DNA of 64,000 nt. Source: the human T2T-CHM13v2.0 reference genome, Homo sapiens. Location of the stretch: assembly GCF_009914755.1 (NCBI RefSeq), contig NC_060928.1. One strand, written 5' to 3'. Under the pieces are notes generated by a model that ran no database searches, was not told the DNA's origin, and saw only the letters and a list, made by a program, of their open reading frames with translations. This document shows, in pieces, positions 1-13,809 of this stretch. Position 1 is the stretch's first letter. The number at the start of each line of letters is the position of its first letter. The position numbers and the translations under genes are program-made.

Positions 1-1789
1 ACTTCCCCTCATTGTAAGATTCTCACCAAATCTATGATTTATCTTTGTCTGGGTAATAAGTTCTGTCAACAAACTTGCTCCTTGAGACTTTTTATTAACA
101 ATGTAGTTAAAATTTAATGAGATTTCAATATTCACATGAAATAATACATTTACTTCTCAAATGACTATGATTTTAGGTATATTTTTAATTTTACACAATA
201 GAAGAGTACCAGCTCCTATGAAATTCACTAAAAACTAGCTTCATTGTAAAGACATATTTGTGTTTGTGTGTTTGTGTGTTCCTTTTTATTTTAGAGAAAT
301 GACTATATCGTCTTTCCTCATAAACCTCATCAGAATTGTCTGTAGGCCCTAGGCCTGGAGTCTTCCTTTCCTAAAACATAACTAATTTGCAAAAATTACC
401 ACACTGGAACTTCAGATGTCTTTGTAAAACATAAACTAAAATCTAATATAAAAACAGAAGGACATTATATAAAACTAAATTATTAAATCCCATTGTATAT
501 GAAAGTTTAACCATGTAATTCATATCTAACTATATAATTTATGCTTTGCACCATTCACAACAGTAAGATGCTATGGGAAGCTGAATCAAGGAATGTAAAA
601 AAAAATTCTCTTTAAGAATGAAAACATCTTTTGATGTTCTCTTACAGCAGCAGTTTGTTCTCTCTTGGTAGTCAGTTGGTGGCAGTTAATTCAGGAGAGA
701 GAGGATGGCATCACCAGCTAATGGTTCTTCTTTCTGTAGAAGAGTTTACCTTCAGCTGTTGCCTATGTTTTAAGTCAAAACCTGAGAATTGACTAAATCA
801 AATGGACATGATCCTACTTAGTGTGCACTGCCATGGAAAACCAAAAGATTTGTATCAAAATTGCTAACATGCCTGCACAGTAGAGGTTCATAAGGGCAAG
901 CCCTAGCATTTTGCAGTATGCAAAAAATCAAAAAATGTATATTTTTTCAGTCATGTTCATTCACAAAATCTCTAACTATAACTCATACCATTGTGCAATA
1001 TCTTTGCTAAGAAACTCTGTTTTAATTAATAGTATTTTAAGGAGATTGAATATATTAATATTAGACTGAGCAGAAATCTTTCTATTATTTTGAACTGTCT
1101 TTCAGGCTTCTCCTATAACTACATTTTACAAAGGAGAGGCCAGGCTCACTGAATATCTGTGCTTGAATAGATCATGTACTTTTCTAGGTCATGTCATTTA
1201 CATAACAATTGTTCATTGACCCCAAGTTTGTAACATTTGTAGGTAAGCCCTTCAAATCTCAATTGTTCAAGGAATCCACTTATAAAATTTTGTCTCCTTT
1301 CTTTGGTATCATATTTTTCTCTCAATGTTTATTGCTAATGGCATTGTGAATATGTTCATTATCTACCATCTAAAAATTAATAATAGTTATCTAAAAAGTA
1401 TAATTTCAGTGATGAGATAAAGAAAATTAATTATGACTGAGGAAGTATAGTTATAAAATATGAAATCTTTGTTTTCAGAAGGAAAAGATTTGGAAAGTAG
1501 GTATGGTTACATTCAGGGTCAGGTTGAATGCACAGTTAGTAGAATTAACCTCATCTTCAGTTCCTCTACTCTATTCTTAAGTAAATAAATAACTTTGCTT
1601 CTTAATTATTTTTCTCTCTTGAATTATGATTTTCTATCTGTATTATATCAGCCATTTTATATAAAAATCTGAATTAAGAGTGAATACACTAAAGTTCCTT
1701 TCATATCATTTACCTCATTTTTTTACTTACCAGCAGATTTTCTCAAAAAGAAAAAAAGTCATCTGTCTTATTTATCTTCAAATAGTATC

Positions 1790-2880
1790 TCATGTTCTCT
1801 TCTCCAGGTTCTCCAACTAGTCTTTCCTTCTCATAATGCCACTGAAAATTCTCATGGCAAGCTCACCAATGCCTATGGCTTATTTCCAATTTTCATCTAC
1901 TGAATCTCTTAGTACTCTTGGTATTATTTAATTGTCATATTTATTATTTGTATCTACGTTTTCTTCCTACAATGGCTCATATTTCCTATGAATTAATATG
2001 TCATTTTCATTCATATTAACCACAGAATCTCTCTTTTTATGATAGATATTGACTAGTATGCCAGACTCATAAACAACAGCCACCCTGAGATGTCCATTTG
2101 GCTGTCTAAAAGGCATATCCAATTTAATGTGATGTAAACAGAATCACTGAATTTCTACATCCAACTCCCAAATTTGCTTTCACTTAATTCTTCCACATTT
2201 TAATTAGTAAATGCTAGACTCATTTACCCAATTCCCCAGGCCTAAAAATCATCCTGATTATACCCACCCCACACAAAATAAATCATATTAAATTTATCTG
2301 AAAGATCTATTGGTGCTACCTGTTAAATACACCCTAAAATATAGTGTTCTCACTACTGCCGTTGCTACCACCTGAGCTAAAGCCATCATTATCACTCCCC
2401 TGGGATATTTTCTCCCATTCTCCATATAATATACTCCCCTCTGTTCATTTTATCTTACAGTCCAATCTTTATCTCTAAAGCAAGCTTGACAGACAGTCTT
2501 AAGTACAAAATTATACCATTTATTCTTCTGATTAAAGCCCTGTAATGCCTTTTCATTGCTATACACAATTTATTCAGAACTGGAATCCCCACCTCGAGCC
2601 ATATCTATCAAAGCCTAGTATGACCTTCCCCTAGATAGTCTTTGTAACTACATCTCTCCATATCCTCCCTCTCCCTCATAAAGCTGTAATTTTGCTGAAC
2701 ATCTTTCTTACTCACAACAAACATTAATATCCCATTCCCAACTTACATGTTTTGCTTGTTTTTTTCAGCTTGCAATATGCTTAATTTCTATACCACATAT
2801 TTGTCTGGCTGAATATTCTTATATTCATATTTCAGCTCAATGTCATCCCCTCAGAAAAGTCTTCTTTGATTACTCATATT
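1790..2880 (+). mobile_element. L2 LINE fragment, highly decayed
   Basis: L2-type motifs 'ccactgaaaattctcatggcaagctcaccaatg', 'ccagactcata...atgtccatttggctgtctaaaaggcatatccaatttaatgt' and 'tcagctcaatgtcatcccctcagaaaagtcttct' occur in the expected order. Ends are approximate. Confidence 0.6.
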
Positions 2881-3668
2881 GAAAGTTTTATGATAGATCA
2901 CCATCTGTCAAACAATGTGACCACCAATTTTAGCAGGAAAGTTGCTTAGCGTTAGACAAGCTTCTAGCATTCCATAATATGCTTGATAAACAACAGAAAA
3001 TATGTACAAAACTGTCCTGCCTAAACAGTATTTCTCAACCTATAACAAGACTTAAACTTCCATTTTTAAGAAATATTCTGGTAAAATGGAAGTATCCAAA
3101 ATATTGTAAAACTGTTAATCACACAAATCTAGCAAGGCCATGATGAGAGAAAAAAAAAAAGATAAATCAGAAACAAACGTCATGGATTTAAAATGGGAGG
3201 AACTAATCTTTGAATGTGGCAGTGCTCAAAGAAAAGCTACGGAGCAGTAACAATGGTGTTTGTGCTTTTGGGAAAGATACAGAATATGAGCAAATAGACG
3301 TAGAAGGCCACCAAAATGACTTTTGTAATTTCTCAAGTCTAGACCTGCCTCATCTCCGTTTCTTTTGAAAATTAAATTAACTTGCCATGTGACTAAGTGA
3401 CAAAGCATTTTTTACAAAGCACTGCCAAATCTAATATTCTTACTTAGTATTGATTTTTCTCAGAAGAAAACTGACAAAGTAAATAAATTTTATCTCAAGT
3501 AAAATAAATTTAAATTTTTGGCTGAAGCAAAGTTTGCACATTTGTTACTCCACTAGAGAGTTCATGAGCTCAGCTGTACCTCCACTGTGTGTATTTAAGG
3601 CTCTTCTTTGGTTCTTAGCCTCACCTGTGACTGGCAGGCTATGAACAATAAAATAGTCCACTTTTTAA

Positions 3669-4088
<420 letters not shown>

Positions 4089-4599
4089 TGCAGATCTATT
4101 CTAAGTGACAAGCCAACAGAACTTTAGTACCTGGTAATGTGCTATGGTAACATCAGATATCCCCTATTTGTTTGTGTTGTTTTACCTAAGGAATTTTAGA
4201 GCAAACAGAAAGCTGCTCATGAAATCACCTGTGGAGTAAGCTCCTGTACAAACAATCAGTTTTCTCATCTCACCTTTTAAAATACATGTATTAACCTGTA
4301 TATCACTTTTTTTGCATTTTGGCATAGCTATTAAAAGAAAATGATCCTCCTATGGTTTACAGTATTGTAATTCTGTAGCCTCAGAACGTTAAAGAAATTA
4401 TAACTTGCTAGGTATCAAAAAGAAATAAGTCATTTTACCTGATGCTGTAGCCACTGGGCTGGAATAAATGTATGAATTGTCTAATAAACAATAATGTGTT
4501 TTTTAGAAGGTTTCACTTTCACTTCACAGCATACTATTTGATCAGTGTACAGTGAATTTGAATGAATCACTACTTGTAGTGATATTAAAAAGACATATC

Positions 4600-4720
4600 T
4601 GTGTATATCTGTATTTATGCATGTATATGCATATATATGCAGGTGTGCATATATATATGCACACATATATGTACATATATGTATACACACATATAAACTC
4701 ACACATTTATATATATATAG
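4600..4720. repeat. Degenerate (TA/TG/CA)n alternating purine-pyrimidine tract
   Basis: gtatatgcatatatatgcaggtgtgcatatatatatgcacacatatatgtacatatatgtatacacac, read directly. Confidence 0.85.
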
Positions 4721-5055
4721 AAAGAGTGGATGAGTGAGATAATTTAGAGATGATGTAACACTAGTGTAGATTGATTAACAATCTCATTGTTTTGGGGGTA
4801 GTACAAGAATGACAACACACATACACACATAACCACATAAGAAAAACAAAACAAAACAAAAAAATGAGGCATATAGCACATATTGAATTTGAAGACTAAT
4901 ATTAAGGTGCCAATTTTCTTTAGCTAGTTTCTATTCTTGAACATAGCATTCTACTTAAAGTGTATATTAATATCTTTAGGTTAATTTTTTTAAGTTAAAG
5001 GACAGAGAAAATGCTTTTATAAATATAAATACTTATTCAGTTTTTCAGTGAGGGA

Positions 5056-5458
5056 TGTGTGAGTCAGCATACTGCATACAAATAGAACCAATAGGATATT
5101 TATATATAACTACAATAGAGGAGAGGAGATTTATTATGAGAATTGCCTCACACAATTATTGAGGTTGAGAAGTCCCACGACCTGCCATCTGCAAGCTGGA
5201 GAACCAGCAGTGTATTTCAGTTCATGTACAACGACTTGAGAACAAGGACCTCCAGTGTCTAAGGGCAGAAGATGGATGTCCTAGCTCAAGAAGAGATAGG
5301 AAAAATTTGTCCTTCATACCCTCAAAGAATTGAATGATGCCTGCCCAAATTGGTGAGGGATCTTCTTTACTCAGTCTACATATTCAAATGCTAATCTCTT
5401 CTGGAACTACCGTCATAGACGCACCCAGACAAGTTGACACACAAAATTAACCATCACA
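5056..5458 (-). mobile_element. MLT2-family (ERVL) solo LTR
   Basis: Contains 'agaaccaatagga', 'gagaagtcccacgacctgccatctgcaagctggagaacc' and 'tactcagtctaca..ttcaaatgctaatctcttctggaa'. Ends with the MLT2 terminus 'aagttgacacacaaaattaaccatcaca'. Confidence 0.85.
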
Positions 5459-6085
5459 AGGTGTAAACATCATAGTTCAAAAATTTTTTTTTTAAAAAAA
5501 GGAAGAAAAAACCAATTTTTTAATTAAGAAAGTTTTGGCTTATATTTCTCACTTTATTACACACAGTCATAAAAGTATTAATAATACCTTTCTTCTGGCT
5601 GTATATCCTGAGTTGCATTGCATTTGTGATTGTTAATGCCATATATTACATAACCTCTAGCGAACTGATGAACTATAATAATTTATTTTATTTCAATAGA
5701 AAACTCATTAAACTCAATGAAACATACATCTTTGTATAGGTTCAATTTACATTGCTTCATGCTTTTTAAGAGGTAGTGTTTTTATTATGCCTGATTCAAA
5801 GCAGTAAAAGCCAGAAAATAATCCCTGAATGTGTTATGACTCTAACTTGTGATTTTGTAATAATTTCTTAGTGTTTTCTAAAAGTTAATATATTAGCATA
5901 CTGATGTAAATACTTTGAATTTTTTGATTGTACCTGCTAAGGCAATTTTTATGATTTCTAGCTTAGATTATAGAGTATAAGTATAGTACATTGAGAAGAT
6001 ATTAAATTCAGATTATAATCTTCTATATTTCATTGTAAGAAATGCTGTATACATACTGTCTAGAGTTCGTAAAACATTTTTATTT

Positions 6086-6182
6086 ATTTTTATTTTTTGC
6101 TTTTCTGAATTATTCTTTAAGTTCTGGGATACATGTGCAGAATGTGCAGGCTTGTTACATAGGTATACATGTGCCATGGTGG
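6086..6182 (-). mobile_element. Severely 5'-truncated L1PA 3' end (~100 bp)
   Basis: 'ttattctttaagttctgggatacatgtgcagaatgtgcaggcttgttacataggtatacatgtgccatggtgg' is the antisense L1PA 3'UTR end. 12-bp TSD acatttttattt at 6074-6085 and 6183-6194. Confidence 0.9.
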
Positions 6183-7329
6183 ACATTTTTATTTTCTAAC
6201 TGAATGACTGGCATTTGAGTTTTCCAGCCTTACCTCATTTAGTATTTTTTCTTTCAATAATTTTTCATTAACATTTAATGTCTACCTATCATACACACAA
6301 AAATATTTGTATTAAATATCTACTTAGCATATACACAAGAATATTTATAACTGAGAAAAGAATGAAGGTAATAAATTTACTACAGTTGAGAAATCCACAG
6401 TCTAGTGTAAGCGACAAACCAGCAAGCAAGTAATTTCAGAAATATGCTCATACTACAGAAAGTTCAGAATGGTAAGGGAGTGGGAAGAAAGGTCCAACTT
6501 GTAGAGACTTGCGGAAAGCACAGTGATAAATGAACAGTTGCCCAGGAAGCCTTCATTCTTTCTCTTTTTACTTCCAGAGGTACCCAGATTTTCTCTGGCA
6601 AAACCACCTATTAATCAGTACATAGCATTTATGAATTTTGCATCATACTGATCCTACACTCATGATCATCAGTAGGGCCCTATTGCTGAAATCAGTGAGA
6701 TCTCATCTATTTCACCAAAGTGGTTGGTCCAAATTTGCCCAGTCAGAACTGTCATTTACTTGAAATAAGATTTACCTCTGGAGTTCAGGACTTGTTTCAA
6801 CTATGACGTTGCCAGTGTTTTCATCTTCCTTCTTCAACTAGTTGTTTCTCTTATTCCTCATGTGTAACTTTATTTCTTTCTCAATGAGTGATGCTCTCTT
6901 GCCCTGCCTAAGTCAACCATTCTTGAAATAATGCAGTCACTTATAAAACCATTGACCTTTCTCTGTTTGCATCTGTCACAGATGTAATTTTATGTAGTGT
7001 GCTTATTTTATCAATGTCACTCACCCACATAATACTACCATTTTTTTAGTCCAGGAACTATTTCTTTAGATTTTTATTGTATTCTTGTTATGTTACCCAA
7101 CCCTGTGTAAGAGGTGATTGATAAATAAGTATTATATAATATTATAATTAAAGAATAGATACGTGGACATTCAGTACACCTAGTTTCCTATAGGTAGTAT
7201 ATAGTATGTTTTTCTGGTCCATTTATATCATTGTCCTCAATTAAGCAGATAAATATTTCTAGCTTTTAAAATAAGTGCAGGCCAAGTATTCCTACAACTT
7301 TTCTATTTTTACCTAATTTTCTTTTAAAA

Positions 7330-7915
7330 ATATTTTATTTTAGTAAGAATGCAACATGAATTCTACTCTCAACAAATGTTTAAGTGCACAATACATATTG
7401 TTGACATACATTCTGGGCACAATGTTGTACAGCAGATCTCTAAAGCTCATCCATCTTGCTTAACTGAAACAATGCCCACAGGTTAGTAACCCCTACCTTC
7501 TCCCTGTTGTCAGGCCCTGGCAACCAGCACTTCACTCACTGATTCTGTGAATTTGACTATTTTAGATACCTTATATATGTGGAATCATGCAATATTCATC
7601 TGTGACTGGCTTATTTTATTCAGCATAATATTCTCAAGTGTCATCCATGTTGTTGAGTGTTGCATAATTTTTCTTGTTTTTAAGGCTGAATAGTATTCTG
7701 TTGTACATATAAACTAAATTTTCTTTACTTCTTCATTTTTGATGGATATTGAAGCTGTTCTCACATCTTGGCTATTGTGAACAGTGCTGCAATAAGCATA
7801 GGAGTACAGGTATCTCTTCAACATCAATTTCTTGGAAAAATAGAAGTGGAGTTGCTGGATCGTATGGAATCTCTAATTTTTATTTTGTGGGAGCCTTCAT
7901 ACTGTCTTACATAGC
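7330..7915 (-). mobile_element. L1M (L1MA9/L1MB-like) 3' fragment
   Basis: 'aatgttgtacagcagatctctaaagctcatccatcttg', 'ggaatcatgcaatatt..tctgtgactggcttattt', 'aaggctgaatagtattc' and 'ttggctattgtgaacagtgctgcaataa'. Confidence 0.85.
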
Positions 7916-8636
7916 AGCAGTATTTCTTTTCGGTTTCAAAGATTGGACCAGTGACTACAAATGTCTATTTTTCAAACAAAATCCGTCAGCTGTAGCCTTT
8001 TTAATTCTTCATTCACATTTTCTAATTGAAAGACCTTCAGCCCTCCTTGGGCAAAAAGTTCATTATGCAAGAGTATATAGATAAATAGAAATGACTTTAA
8101 AACCTGCATATTTTCTAAATACAGTTTCTCATTTGAAAATCCTAAATATGGCCATACAAAGCAGTCTCTCAGTATTGCCTCTACAAGGGAGAATGAATAT
8201 AATAGAAAGATGGAGTCACAGCTTACATACTTTGATTGTGTTAAGTGAGTCTCTTTCATTATCTAAATGGTAAGGTTATTTTCATCTGAAGAATCTCTGG
8301 ATACTATGGAGAAACACTTAAAGACTTTCTAAAAAGTATTCTAAAATGTTTCCAAAACCTGATGGCACCAGCAAGTGGAAAAAACTTATTTCTTAAAACT
8401 TTGAAGCTATAACTAAATAGTTGAACACATTCTAAAGATCAGGTTATGGAGAATGATTCAGAGAGTTTCTTAAAAAAAGTGCTGGAAAAAATTTTCTTCA
8501 TAACCATATGTCCAGAAAATAATTCTCAACTTGTAATATTTTCATAGAGGACACTCAAATATATTCTGCCTTTTCTACTAACACATATGCAAGGTATGGA
8601 TTGTTAAAGCCAGATAACAGCAAGACTTAATTGTGT

Positions 8637-8945
8637 TATTATCCTTAGCAAACTAATGCAGGAACAGAAGAATCAATCACCTCATGTTCTCACTTATAAG
8701 TGGGAGGTAAGCGATGAGAACACATGAACAGATAAAGCGAACAACACACACTGAGGACTATCAGAAGGTGGAGGCTGGGAGGAGGGAGAGGATCAGAGTA
8801 AATAACTAATGGGTACTAGGCTTAATACCTGAGTGATGAAATAAGCTGTACAACAAACCCCCATGATAAATTAACCTATATAACAAGCCCACAAATGTGC
8901 TCCTGAACTTCAAATAAAAGTTTAAAGAATGTAAAACAATAAACT
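8637..8945 (+). mobile_element. Old L1PA (L1PA13-16-like) 3' fragment
   Basis: 'atccttagcaaactaatgcaggaacagaa...atgttctcacttataagtgggag...ggaggagggagaggatcag...aataactaatgggtactaggcttaatacctg...aataaaagtt' followed by an A-rich tail. Confidence 0.9.
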
Positions 8946-9039
8946 AGTGTTGGCACTGCTAGTTTTACATCAATATTTCTCCTTCTGAGTTTCGGCTAGG
9001 CAGATGGTCATCAACCCAGAATTAAACGTCTCAGGTTTT

Positions 9040-9715
9040 GTTGCAATGTTAAGTTTCCCTTTCCCCATTAGTATGTGAGATTCTGCAATGATGTAAGACA
9101 TTTCAAAGTCACACACTTAAAGGCATAAGCATGTTCCTTATTTTGGTCATGTCTAACAGATTGGGTGACAAATGCTGCAGCCATCTTGCAGCCAAAGATG
9201 ATGTATTAGTCCATTCTCATGCTGCTAATAAAGACAGACCCAAGATTGGGTAATTTATAAAGCAAAGTGGTTTAATTGACTCACAGTTCAGCACGGCTAA
9301 CGGGGGCCTTCGGAAACTTACAATCACGTAGGAAGGAGAAGCAAACACATCCTTCTTCACATGGTGGCAGCAAGGAGCAGTGCCAAGCCAAAATGGGGGG
9401 AAATTCCCTTATAAACCCATGAAATCTTATGAGAACTCAATATCACGAGAGCAGCAGCATGGTGGTAACCACTGCCATGATTCAATTACCTCCAACCAGG
9501 TCCCTCCCATGACATGTGGGGATTATAGGAACTACAATTCAAGATGAGATTTGGGTGAGGACATAGCCAGACCATATCAGATGATATCCACCTGCCCCCA
9601 CATGTTCTGCATCTGAACTCTCCAAATACTTTTATAAGATAGAGTAATAATTTTTTCTCTATTTAAGTCATAAAGTTCTCATCTTAATTTTGTAATAATA
9701 CAGCTTAGGCATCAC
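9040..9715 (+). mobile_element. Old MLT1-type LTR remnant hosting the THE1 insertion
   Basis: 'gctgcagccatcttgcagcca' lies before the THE1 and a 'taataattttttctctatttaagtca...tttgtaataatacagc'-type MLT1 end lies after it. Heavily decayed. Confidence 0.4.
9202..9579 (-). mobile_element. THE1 (THE1C/D-like) MaLR solo LTR
   Basis: Starts tgtattagtccattctcatgctgctaataaagac and ends gccagaccatatca. Perfect 5-bp TSD gatga (9197-9201 / 9580-9584). Confidence 0.95.
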
Positions 9716-10199
9716 TCTAGTAAAATTTAAAAGTTCAAATTATTTTAAAATCAGTGATATAAAGCTGATAATAAACAATTATGAATACTTTTATTTTCTA
9801 TATAAGAAATATTGACAGAGTCATTTAAAGAATAATTTACTTTATCATGAGCTTTTAAAATACATTTAAAATGTTAAATATAATAATATTTTGCCATTAC
9901 TTATGTTATATAGTTCTTCTGATTTCATATCAGTGCACATTGTTTTTTCCTTTATGATGATAATATGAAATTTTCACACTTAAGTTTTCTTGGAGTAAAA
10001 AGTGGGTCAACCTGAATAGCAATATTGGATGATACATTTAATCATAAAGATTACACATAGATATAGCAACAATTATAAAGGTTGCACAGAAAGTACACTG
10101 CAATCAGCATTTTTTTAGAAATGTTAATGCTTTCTAACAAGAAGCAGCTTGAAAAAATAAGACCTATATGCTTGCTATGGCTATATGACTGAATAATTT

Positions 10200-10340
10200 A
10201 CTCAGACTCTATCTCTCAGTTTATTCTTTTGTGAATAAGAGTGATAAACGTTCCAACTCAATAAGACTGTAATGTGGATAAAATGAGATATAGTTTTGAG
10301 ATTGCAAAATACAGTTCCTGGCTCATAGTGAACACTCAAG
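10200..10340 (+). mobile_element. MIR fragment
   Basis: MIR core and 3' end: 'ctctcagtttattcttttgtgaataagagtgataa...gtggataaaatgagata...acagttcctggctcatagtgaacactcaa'. Confidence 0.7.
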
Positions 10341-12669
10341 GGCATGGTGTAGAATAATGTGTTTTCATTAGCTAAATTACACATAAATGAGATTCTATCA
10401 TTTATATAATAAAAGTATCTAGACAAAAACAAAATATAGCCACTATAACTGTAAAATCATCCTTCATTTGCACACTAATTACCACTAATTTATCTCAATA
10501 AACACAGTCCTCTACAATTATGTTTAGTTACAAAATAATCAAATGCAACTTTGGAGGACTTTGGAAAAATCTATAAAATTACAAAATCATGACTTGCTAT
10601 TACTACTCGTGAAGAGAATAAAGTTGTGCAGAAAAATGTAAATTTTACCTAAAATTTTGTTTAAAAATGCAAAATATCGTTGTAATAAATTCAATGTAAA
10701 GGACAATGTTGGTTTTTATTGGATAATCAATATCATTCTGAATTGAATGCTGGCCTTTGAGCATATATGTTAAAGCAATGAGAATAAAAGGGCTAAAACA
10801 GGTTTTTATAATTATGGTCAACCAGAGTAAAAAGACTTTTTTTAGTAGTTCTTAGGAAATAATGAATAATCAGGTGAATTTCATTGTTAGTTTAGCTGAT
10901 TTGTATTGTTAAAAAAGATATCCTCACTCTAACTATAGGTTCCTTATAATTTGATTCTTGATGAATTAGATTATGTAATTTTATGAGCCTATATCTCTTG
11001 CATTAATATTTTATTTAAAAAACTAATAAAATTCTAATTTAGGGGACATCAGAGAAGTCTATATAGCCTTCCTAACTTATACTTAGGACTGTTAGTTGTA
11101 TGGCAACACCAGCTATTTGATAGATACTTGATTGGCCAGGTACTGGTTAAGTCAGGCATCCCTGCACATTATAATGTAATTTTACCTTCAATAAAAAGTT
11201 AATTTTCTACATTTTAAAATTTCTTTATTTCATTTGCTGAGTTTCCCAATTCTGCCTGCTGTTTTATTTAACAACTTAATAAAACTTGTGAGGTTTTTCC
11301 TTTGGATAGGCTTTAGGGAATAATTTCTTAGTTCCATTTTCTAAGGAAGAGCTTTATGATCCAATAAGAATTATTGCTAACCTGTACTCATTCTTCAGGG
11401 AAGAAGCATCCAGCTTGCTTTAATATGAAATTTAATTATTGCTGACATTAATATGTGATGACCACTAAGACAATAAATCATTGAAAAAAAAGCAGAGGAA
11501 TACTTCATTCACCTTAAAGAAAAAGATATTAAAAGTGGCTATCCTGTGAAGTTACTTTGCCCATATTCTGTTTTTCTTTCTCTTTTTTAATTCCTCTATT
11601 CTTGCTATGTTAGCTTTATTATTTCCTAGACCACTTTCCCCATTCCTTTTCTTATGCTTTCAAAATATGCCTTTGAGAATTCAAGCTATAGTTTGATATA
11701 GCATTTAGGTCACTGTTCTAACTTATATTGAATTTAATCACGAGGTCACTTGAACCAAGCAGCTTTGCTGTTTCTAATCTACTAACTGCACATTTTCTCT
11801 GAGATTGGATAGGACCATTCCTATTAGGATTTCTGACACAGAAGGTCAATAATTCTTTATTTCATCCATAATTTTGTATTTTATTGTCCTACACCTCTCA
11901 AAAGTTTTACAGTTTTTGTGGAGAAAATGAAATCTCCTATCACTAAACCAGATTGCTATTTTCTTGTCTTCTCTATGTTATCATGGGACTTATTATTCTT
12001 TTCTCCCCAATTTCAAGTTTTCTACTTGGCAACTTGTCTTTTATCTTTTATCTCTAATATTTAGATATAATATTAGAATTACTGGGAAACTCACTAAATA
12101 ATGCACATTATTCTCTATGTAATTGTGTTTTACATTTTTAAATGATTCAATTTACTTAAGTTGTATTGGGCTTTAATAAAAATGTTAAGATCATAAACAG
12201 TTTACCTAAGGTGCTTTTATTATGTTTCCATGATATTTTTAAAGTTACAAGTAATGCTATTCTTATATGATTTGAGTAATTTCATAAACATATAAGTAAA
12301 CTTACGTAAAATTAGTCACTAATAAAGTATTTTAGTTGCATATTTAAATAGTTTGAAAGTACACAAATTCTAAAATGTACCTTGAAACAAATGCATAGGG
12401 CTTCATAATTTTAATTGGGAAAATATCCTTTACAGTAAAAGCTAGAAAAACAAAGCTCTTTGTTCTAATGTTCTAGACCTGACGGAGCCAGTATCTTTTG
12501 TGACATTTAGCAAATTGTTGGGTTTGGTAGCCATTGATATATGCACAATGTTATAGTTCACATTGTATTTCAAACATTGTATGAGGTCATGGCAACAAAC
12601 TAGTTAGTAAAGAACAAATTGAGATTTGGCATGTTACATTCATATATTTACAAAGAGAGAGGAAATAGA

Positions 12670-13260
12670 GAGAGGGAGAGACAAAATGGACTCCCCATGG
12701 CTAACTGTGGTTCTCAGACTTAAAACAGAACCAGGTGGTCATAACTGAGTGAAGGAGCAGTCATGTATGTACTTTGTGCTCTCAGAAAGATGTAAAAGCA
12801 TCACAGGACTGACTTTTCTCCAATCAAACCAATCCAGCTCCTGTTGCAAGTGCCATGCCAAGGTAAACAGCAGCCAGAAAGCACCACCTTCCCCTTCCCA
12901 TTTGGGAAAAAAAAAAATTGACAGAAACTTCTAGTTTTGTCTTGGCAATCAACCAGTCAGGGTTTGAAAGTATTAACTGATCATGGTTTGGCTGTATCAA
13001 CCAATTAGGGTTTATCTAAGTTGACCAATCAGAACTCAACTACACTAACCAATAAAAATAAGCCATTTTCAATCCTTCATTTGCAAAAATTGACCAGATT
13101 AGGAACCTGGGTTCGAAATTTGCTGTAAAACCTGAATCTTCCCTTTGTTCTCTGCAACACATTATTCTACATTCTACACTGAAGGTTGTGTCTCCTCAGT
13201 TTGCAAACTGTTCACTGGAATAAAGTGTTGCATCCAAAGTTTTCATGGAACTTTTCTTCT
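12670..13260 (+). mobile_element. ERV1-class solo LTR (MER67-like, tentative)
   Basis: Starts 'gacaaaatggactccccatggctaactg'. Has several CCAAT boxes (accaatcc, accaatta, accaatcag, accaataa) and 'gtttgcaaactgttcactggaataaagt' with a poly(A) signal at 13219-13224. Confidence 0.6.
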
Positions 13261-13272
13261 CTTTATCTATCC

Positions 13273-13319
<47 letters not shown>

Positions 13320-13529
13320 GATATAGATCTATCTATATATTATATAGATATATTATATCTAGATCTATCTATATATTACATATATTATATATCTATATAT
13401 TATATATCTATCTACATATTATATATTATATATCTATATATTATAGATCTAGATCTATCTATCTATCTACACACATGGATAGATATATGTATCTCTCTAT
13501 ATATATATGGGTAGAGATCTCACTCTCAG

Positions 13530-13575
<46 letters not shown>
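13261..13575. repeat. Compound microsatellite: (AGAT)11, TA/TCTA-rich degenerate block, (TA)11(GA)11
   Basis: (AGAT)11 at 13273-13316, an AT-rich block to about 13470, (TA)11 at 13531-13552 and (GA)11 at 13553-13574. Confidence 0.97.
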
Positions 13576-13809
13576 TGGTTTTGCCACAAACATTTCATTA
13601 GCAAAACCCTTAAAAGAGTTCAGGCTTGATTTCTCATTAGAGACATAATTCATTATAGAATGACTTATTTGACCATTTCTTACTGAGAAGCATTTACTTT
13701 ATTACCAGGGGTTCCTGATTACAAATAACGTGATAAATATTCTTGCACATAATTCCTTTTTAATTTTTTTCTATAAATTTCCAGGCATTAGATTACTGAG
13801 TTAGAAGTA

